64,000 nucleotides of DNA from Candidatus Nanopelagicales bacterium. GTDB lineage: Bacteria; Actinomycetota; Actinomycetes; S36-B12. This document shows, piece by piece, positions 59,134-64,000 of this stretch. The stretch covers positions 12,649 through 76,648 of the forward strand of contig JAURME010000054.1 of assembly GCA_030830865.1 (NCBI GenBank), written 5' to 3'. The position numbers and the translations under genes were made by a program. Position 1 is the stretch's first letter. Every line of letters begins with the position of its first letter. The notes under the pieces are model-generated. The model saw only the letters and a list, made by a program, of their open reading frames with translations. It was not told the origin of the DNA and made no database searches.

Positions 59134-60504
59134 ATGGAGCGCCGGATCTTCGGGATCGAGACTGAGTACGGCGTCACCTGCGTCTTCAACGGTCAACGAC
59201 GGCTGAGCCCAGACGAGGTCGCGCGCTACCTCTTCCGGCGTGTGGTGTCGTGGGGACGAAGCAGCAACGTCTTCCTGACCAACGGCTCGCGTCTGTACCT
59301 GGACGTGGGCAGTCATCCTGAGTACGCCACCGCCGAGTGCGATGCCGTGCCTCAGCTCATCGCCCACGACAGGGCCGGAGAGCGGATCCTCGAGGACCTC
59401 GTCGACGACGCCCAGCAGCGCTTGACCGACGAGGGCATCGTCGGTGACATCTACCTGTTCAAGAACAACACGGATTCAGCAGGCAACTCCTACGGCTGCC
59501 ATGAGAACTTCCTCGTCGAACGGCGCGGTGACTTCGCGCATCTTGCGGAGAGGTTCATCCCCTTCCTCATCTCGCGTCAGTTGATCGCCGGGGCGGGCAA
59601 GGTGCTGCAGACGCCGCGTGGGGCCGTGTACTGCCTGAGCCAGCGGGCCGATCACATGTGGGAGGGGGTGTCCAGTGCGACCACCCGCTCCCGGCCCATC
59701 ATCAACACCCGAGACGAGCCCCATGCCGATGCGGACCGATACCGACGCCTGCACGTCATCGTCGGCGACAGCAACATGAGTGAGACCACAACCCTGCTGA
59801 AGGTGGGCTCGGCCGACCTCGTCCTGCGCATGCTCGAGGCAGGGGTGGTCATGCGCGACATGTCTCTGGAGAACCCGATCCGGGCCATCCGGGAGATGAG
59901 CCACGACATCACCGGGAAGCGCGAGGTCCGCCTCACGACGGGTCGGGAGCTGTCCGCCCTGTCCATCCAGTGGGAGTACTTCGAGAAGGCGCATGACTTC
60001 GCTCAAAGACGTGGTCTGGTCGACGAGCCGTCCGGCACGGTCGCACGGGTCCTCGAGCTGTGGGGACGCACCCTGAAGGCCGTCGAAGCCGAGGACTCGT
60101 CTCTTATCGACAGGGAGGTCGATTGGGCGATCAAGAAGCGCCTTCTCGAGCGCTACATGACCAAGCATGACCTCTCCTGGGAGTCACCCCGCATCGGTCA
60201 ACTCGACCTGGCCTACCACGACATCAATCGGCAGCGCGGGCTGTACGCGATGCTCGAACGGAGCGGACTCGTCGAACGCGTCATCACCGATGAGGAGATC
60301 GAGTCAGCGACGACCGTTCCACCGCAGACCACCCGAGCCAAGCTGCGGGGTGACTTCGTGCGTCGTGCCCAAGAGCGTCATCGGGACTTCACGGTGGACT
60401 GGGTCCATCTCAAGCTCAACGACCAGGCACAGCGCACCGTGCTCTGCAAGGACCCGTTCGCAGCAACCGACGAGCGTGTCGAGAGGCTGATGGCGAGCAT
60501 GTGA
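59134..60504 (+). CDS. pafA: Pup--protein ligase
   Basis: 456 aa. [31 protein letters not shown] and [17 protein letters not shown]. It is a paralogue of dop but lacks the Dop insertion. Confidence 0.95.
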   Translation: MERRIFGIETEYGVTCVFNGQRRLSPDEVARYLFRRVVSWGRSSNVFLTNGSRLYLDVGSHPEYATAECDAVPQLIAHDRAGERILEDLVDDAQQRLTDEGIVGDIYLFKNNTDSAGNSYGCHENFLVERRGDFAHLAERFIPFLISRQLIAGAGKVLQTPRGAVYCLSQRADHMWEGVSSATTRSRPIINTRDEPHADADRYRRLHVIVGDSNMSETTTLLKVGSADLVLRMLEAGVVMRDMSLENPIRAIREMSHDITGKREVRLTTGRELSALSIQWEYFEKAHDFAQRRGLVDEPSGTVARVLELWGRTLKAVEAEDSSLIDREVDWAIKKRLLERYMTKHDLSWESPRIGQLDLAYHDINRQRGLYAMLERSGLVERVITDEEIESATTVPPQTTRAKLRGDFVRRAQERHRDFTVDWVHLKLNDQAQRTVLCKDPFAATDERVERLMASM

Positions 60505-60528
60505 CGGGCGTCGGGTTAGGCTCGACGC

Positions 60529-61161
60529 ATGGCATCCCGTCGACTCCTTGCCCTGCCCCTGCTCGCCGCGAGCGCGGCCCTTGTTCTGACGGCCTGCGGG
60601 CCGCAGACCGATGATCGGGTGGCGGCGGAGGATCCGGCGATCACCGTCGACGAGGAGATCGTCACGGACGACACCACGGTCGCGGCGGATTCGCCATACG
60701 TCTCCCTGGACTGCGTCACGATGCAGGTCTCCGACTCCGACGGGCCACCGGCAGATGCCACCACGATCGGGGACGTCTCGGCCTCGTTCGACGCTGCCGG
60801 GGTCCCGAGCCTCACGATCGCCACCGTGAATCTCGCCGCCGAGGAGCTCGGGATAGCCGACCTCGTGACCGGTGACGGTGCTGAGGTGCAGTCGGGTGAC
60901 ACCGTCACCGTCAACTACTGCGGTGCGGGCCTCGACGGTCTGAATGTCTTCGATTCCTCGTGGTCACGGGGTGAGCCCATCTCCTTCCCCCTGGATGGAC
61001 TGATCCCCGGGTGGCAGGAGGGCATCCCCGGCATGAAGGTCGGGGGACAGCGCCTGCTCGTCATCCCCGGCCCCCTCGGCTACGGCGAGTCCGGGGCGCC
61101 CGGCATCGCCCCCAACGAGACCCTGGCCTTCGTCATCGAACTGCTCGACGTCGCGTCCTGA
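60529..61161 (+). CDS. FKBP-type peptidyl-prolyl isomerase, lipoprotein
   Basis: Signal peptide with lipobox LVLTAC. C-terminal FKBP domain (VNYCG...FDSSWSRGEPISFPLDGLIPGWQEGIPGMKVGGQRLLVIP). Confidence 0.85.
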   Translation: MASRRLLALPLLAASAALVLTACGPQTDDRVAAEDPAITVDEEIVTDDTTVAADSPYVSLDCVTMQVSDSDGPPADATTIGDVSASFDAAGVPSLTIATVNLAAEELGIADLVTGDGAEVQSGDTVTVNYCGAGLDGLNVFDSSWSRGEPISFPLDGLIPGWQEGIPGMKVGGQRLLVIPGPLGYGESGAPGIAPNETLAFVIELLDVAS

Positions 61162-61198
61162 TCCATCTTCCGTCCACTGCCATCCACCTGGGAGCGTC

Positions 61199-61561
61199 AT
61201 GAGCACCAAGCCTGAGATCGACTTCATCGAGGGGCCGGCGCCGTCCGAGCTCGTCATCACGGACATCGTCGAGGGCGACGGTGCCGAGGCCGTCGCCGGC
61301 GGTCAGGTCGAGGTCCACTACGTGGGCGTCGACTTCGAGACCGGCGAGCAGTTCGACGCCTCCTGGGACAGGGGAAGCACCATCAGCTTCCCGCTCAACG
61401 GGCTCATCGCGGGCTGGCAGGAGGGCATCCCGGGTATGAAGGTCGGGGGCCGCCGTCAACTGGTCATCCCGCCGGCGCTGGCGTACGGGGAGGATCCGGC
61501 GATGCACCGCCTGGGCGGTCGCACCCTCGTGTTCGTCATCGATCTGGTGAACGTCGGCTAG
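61199..61561 (+). CDS. FKBP-type peptidyl-prolyl isomerase, cytosolic
   Basis: 120 aa. VHYVGVDFETGEQFDASWDRGSTISFPLNGLIAGWQEGIPGMKVGGRRQLVIP. Confidence 0.85.
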   Translation: MSTKPEIDFIEGPAPSELVITDIVEGDGAEAVAGGQVEVHYVGVDFETGEQFDASWDRGSTISFPLNGLIAGWQEGIPGMKVGGRRQLVIPPALAYGEDPAMHRLGGRTLVFVIDLVNVG

Positions 61562-61569
61562 TCATCACC

Positions 61570-62532
61570 ATGTCCGAGCGCGTCGACCGGGCCGAACGCC
61601 TGCTCAACCTGGTCTTCGCCCTGATGTCGACGGCGCGGGCAGTCCCGCGATCGGTCATCCGGGAGCAGGTCCCCGGGTACGGGGAGGCAGGGTCCGAGGC
61701 TTCCTTCGAGCGGATGTTCGAACGCGACAAGGACGAACTCCGGTCCATGGGCATCCCCATCGAGACGGTCGTCGACGACTTCGGCGAGGTGCAGGGGTAT
61801 CGCATCGTCCGCGAGTCCTACGCGATGCCACCGATGGAGTTGACCCTGGAGGAGCGCTCGGCGATCGTCGTGGCCGCACAGGTCTGGAGCCATGCGCAGG
61901 TTGCACCCCTTGCCGGCACGGCGGTGCGCAAACTCCAGAGCGTCTCCGTCGATCCCCGGACCTGGGTGCCCTCCGATCTCGCGGGGGAAGTGCAGATCAC
62001 CACGTCCGACGCTGCGCTCCTGCCGCTGATGTCGGCGATCCGATCCGGGGTGGTCGTGACCTTCGACTATCGGGTGCCCTCGTCCGATGAGCCCGGTCGA
62101 CGGACCGTGTCCCCGTGGCGCCTGACCACCCGCGAGGGGCGATGGATGCTGGTCGGCTTCGACCACGACCGGGAAGACCTGCGGACCTTTCGGGTGTCCC
62201 GCATCCAGGGGTCAGTGACGCTCACCTCCCGGCAGCGTCGCGCTCCGGAGGAGGGTGAGGTCAGTGTCGGGGCCACAGAGCATGCCGGTTTCGCGGCACG
62301 GGTTCGTGTTGAGCCGGGTCAGGGGGCGGCCCTTCGTCGGGTGGCGTCGCCTGCGGACACCGGATGGTCGGCTGATGAGTTCGATGTCGAGGTGGCCTCG
62401 CCGGAGGCCTTCGTGTCGCTCGTGTGCTCCGCGGCGGGTCATGCCACGGTGCTCGGTCCCCCCGAGGCGGTCGCGGCGGTCGGTGAGGCCTGGCAGGCCC
62501 TGGCACGTTCGCATGGGGGAGGGCAGTCGTGA
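61570..62532 (+). CDS. pafB: HTH-WYL-domain transcriptional regulator PafB
   Basis: 320 aa. RAERLLNLVFALMSTARAV (wHTH) and a WYL-type domain (VVVTFDYR...VSPWRL...RWMLVGFDHDREDLRTFRVSRI). Position follows pafA. Confidence 0.85.
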   Translation: MSERVDRAERLLNLVFALMSTARAVPRSVIREQVPGYGEAGSEASFERMFERDKDELRSMGIPIETVVDDFGEVQGYRIVRESYAMPPMELTLEERSAIVVAAQVWSHAQVAPLAGTAVRKLQSVSVDPRTWVPSDLAGEVQITTSDAALLPLMSAIRSGVVVTFDYRVPSSDEPGRRTVSPWRLTTREGRWMLVGFDHDREDLRTFRVSRIQGSVTLTSRQRRAPEEGEVSVGATEHAGFAARVRVEPGQGAALRRVASPADTGWSADEFDVEVASPEAFVSLVCSAAGHATVLGPPEAVAAVGEAWQALARSHGGGQS

Positions 62533-63467
62533 TCGAGACGGCCGGCGCACGGCTTACCCGTCTTCTCGCCCTCGTTCCTTGGCTGATCGCCCACGACGGG
62601 GTGACGATCGAGGAGGCGGCGGCACACTTCGGGGTCTCCGCAGGAGACCTGGAGCGAGACCTCTGGCTGCTCGTTGTGTCCGGCCTGCCGGGATACGGAC
62701 CCGACCAACTCGTCGACATCGACTTCTGGGATGACGGGGTCATCCATGTGAGGGATCCACAGACCCTCGACCGGCCCATGCGACTGACCCCCGACGAGGC
62801 GCTCGTCCTGCTCGTCTCGCTGCGCATGCTGGCGCAGGTTCCCGGTCTCGGTGGCCGCGAGCACATCCTCTCTGCGGCGACGAAACTTGAAGCGGCCGTG
62901 GTCGAGGCACTGCCCGAGTCAGCGCTGCCGACCATCGACGTCGCGGTCGATCCTTCCGTGGCGGAGAGTGTTGAACGGTCGATGGAGGAGGGGATCGGTC
63001 TGCGGATCCGGTATGCCGGTGCTGCGCGAGATGATGTCACGGAGCGAGTGATCAGGCCTCATGCCATCCGAGCCGTTGACGGGCTGGTCTACCTCGAAGC
63101 CTGGTGTTCTTCTGCTCAGGCGCTGCGGACCTTCCGGCTCGACCGCATCATCCAGGCAGAGCCTGCAGAACTATTGGAGGAGACCCCCGAGACGACAGCA
63201 GAGGGGGGACAGACCCCTGCGGTGGCGCGTCTTGCCCTCGAGCCCGAGGCTCGGTGGGTCGCCGATGTCCATGACGGCCGCCCGGTCGGCGAGGACGAGC
63301 ACGGGCGACTCCTAGTGGACGTGCCCATGCTGTCGCTGGAGTGGGCGGCACGGCTCGTACTGTCCCTGCGAGGCACCGGCACCGCTGAGAGTCCCCCTGA
63401 TCTCGTCACGGCGGTGAGGGAGACTGCCCTCGCAGCGAACCGGGCCTACCCTGATCGCGTAGGGTAG
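62529..63467 (+). CDS. pafC: HTH-WYL-domain transcriptional regulator PafC
   Basis: 312 aa. ARLTRLLALVPWLIAHDGVTIEEAAAHFGVS, and LRIRYAG...RVIRPHAI...LVYLEAWCSSAQALRTFRLDRI. The start overlaps the pafB stop. Confidence 0.85.
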   Translation: MIETAGARLTRLLALVPWLIAHDGVTIEEAAAHFGVSAGDLERDLWLLVVSGLPGYGPDQLVDIDFWDDGVIHVRDPQTLDRPMRLTPDEALVLLVSLRMLAQVPGLGGREHILSAATKLEAAVVEALPESALPTIDVAVDPSVAESVERSMEEGIGLRIRYAGAARDDVTERVIRPHAIRAVDGLVYLEAWCSSAQALRTFRLDRIIQAEPAELLEETPETTAEGGQTPAVARLALEPEARWVADVHDGRPVGEDEHGRLLVDVPMLSLEWAARLVLSLRGTGTAESPPDLVTAVRETALAANRAYPDRVG

Positions 63468-63545
63468 GAGACAGGGTCATCGCCCCGGCCAGCCGGCACG
63501 AGGCGCACACGAGAACCACACGAGCACGACACGAGGAGACATCAC

Positions 63546-63815
63546 ATGCCGAACCTCAAGGGCTGGGAGTGGCTCATCATCGTTGCCCTCATCCTGCTGC
63601 TGTTCGGGGCCAAGCGGCTTCCCGACGCCGCTCGGGGGCTGGGGCGCTCCCTGCGCATCTTCAAGGCGGAGACCAAGGGCATGGCCGGCGACGCAGGAGC
63701 GGAAGGCGCAGCCGACGCCCCGGCCGTCGAGGCGGCCGCTGCGGATCCGGCGCTTCCCCCGGCTCAGGAATCATCCTCGCCTGACTCGGTTCCGACCGAG
63801 CAGCGCGAGAACTGA
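63546..63815 (+). CDS. tatA: twin-arginine translocase subunit TatA/E
   Basis: 89 aa. GWEWLIIVALILLLFGAKRLPDAARGLGRSLRIFKAE. Confidence 0.9.
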   Translation: MPNLKGWEWLIIVALILLLFGAKRLPDAARGLGRSLRIFKAETKGMAGDAGAEGAADAPAVEAAAADPALPPAQESSSPDSVPTEQREN

Positions 63816-63871
63816 CCTCACCCACGGGCGCTGTGGCGCTGAAGGAGCGTGGAGCCGAGCCAGCGGCGGCC

Positions 63872-64000
63872 ATGCCACTCACCGAACACCTGCGTGAGCT
63901 GCGCTCGCGCTTGGTGAAGTCCGGTATCGCCATCGGACTGGGAATGGTCCTGGGCTGGATCTACTACCCGCAGTTGTTCGCACTCCTGAGCGCGCCCTTC
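63872..64000 (+). CDS. tatC: twin-arginine translocase subunit TatC, first 43 codons (continues past the right window edge)
   Basis: Not in the track because there is no stop in the window. Manual translation gives MPLTEHLRELRSRLVKSGIAIGLGMVLGWIYYPQLFALLSAPF, which has the TatC N-terminal HLxELRxRL hallmark. In-frame GTG 63833 is an alternative start. Confidence 0.75.
   Translation, partial: MPLTEHLRELRSRLVKSGIAIGLGMVLGWIYYPQLFALLSAPF

Overview
High-GC actinobacterial (Actinomycetota) core chromosome. It is very densely packed: about 66 protein genes, one tRNA-Leu, and gaps mostly under 100 nt with many 4-nt ATGA/GTGA stop-start overlaps. I found no CRISPR array, rRNA, transposase, integrase or phage genes, and no obvious compositional island.

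Left part:
- partial type IIA topoisomerase A subunit, and a pseudouridine salvage pair (psuG plus a PfkB kinase)
- DUF5998, phosphodiesterase and tdk, then a SepH-like gene, an MFS transporter and an IMPase-family gene
- a DUF-rich block around dut
- two TrkA/RCK genes facing a KimA-like K+ transporter
- RNA methyltransferase, aconitase, dxs, fadA-fadB and RNase D

Middle part:
- msrB, acyl-ACP desaturase, DUF885, a GluQRS-like gene and a secreted LAS-type hydrolase-like protein
- tRNA-Leu(GAG), M20 peptidase, aldo/keto reductase, LLM oxidoreductase and uppP
- a histidine-phosphatase/DUF3090/SCO1664-family trio followed by mshC, then gnd and pgi

Right part:
- PAC2-family gene, metH, a HAD hydrolase, a RecB-family nuclease and trmI
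- a complete Pup-proteasome locus (arc/mpa, dop, pup, prcB, prcA, pafA, two FKBP isomerases, pafB, pafC), then tatA and the start of tatC

Gene order mirrors conserved mycobacterial and streptomycete blocks as I remember them, so I judge this ordinary core genome, not an accessory island. I did not find a convincing wholly new system. The most interesting material is conserved but functionally unassigned modules:
- the trio coupled to mshC
- the RCK pair beside the KimA-like transporter
- the DUF block around dut
- a secreted two-repeat hydrolase-like protein
- an N-terminally short SepH-like gene

Limits: all product calls come from my own reading of motifs in the translated ORFs, and no searches were run. 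The ORF track gives longest ORFs with ATG/GTG/TTG starts. I re-picked many starts by hand, so start coordinates may be wrong by one or more candidate start codons.
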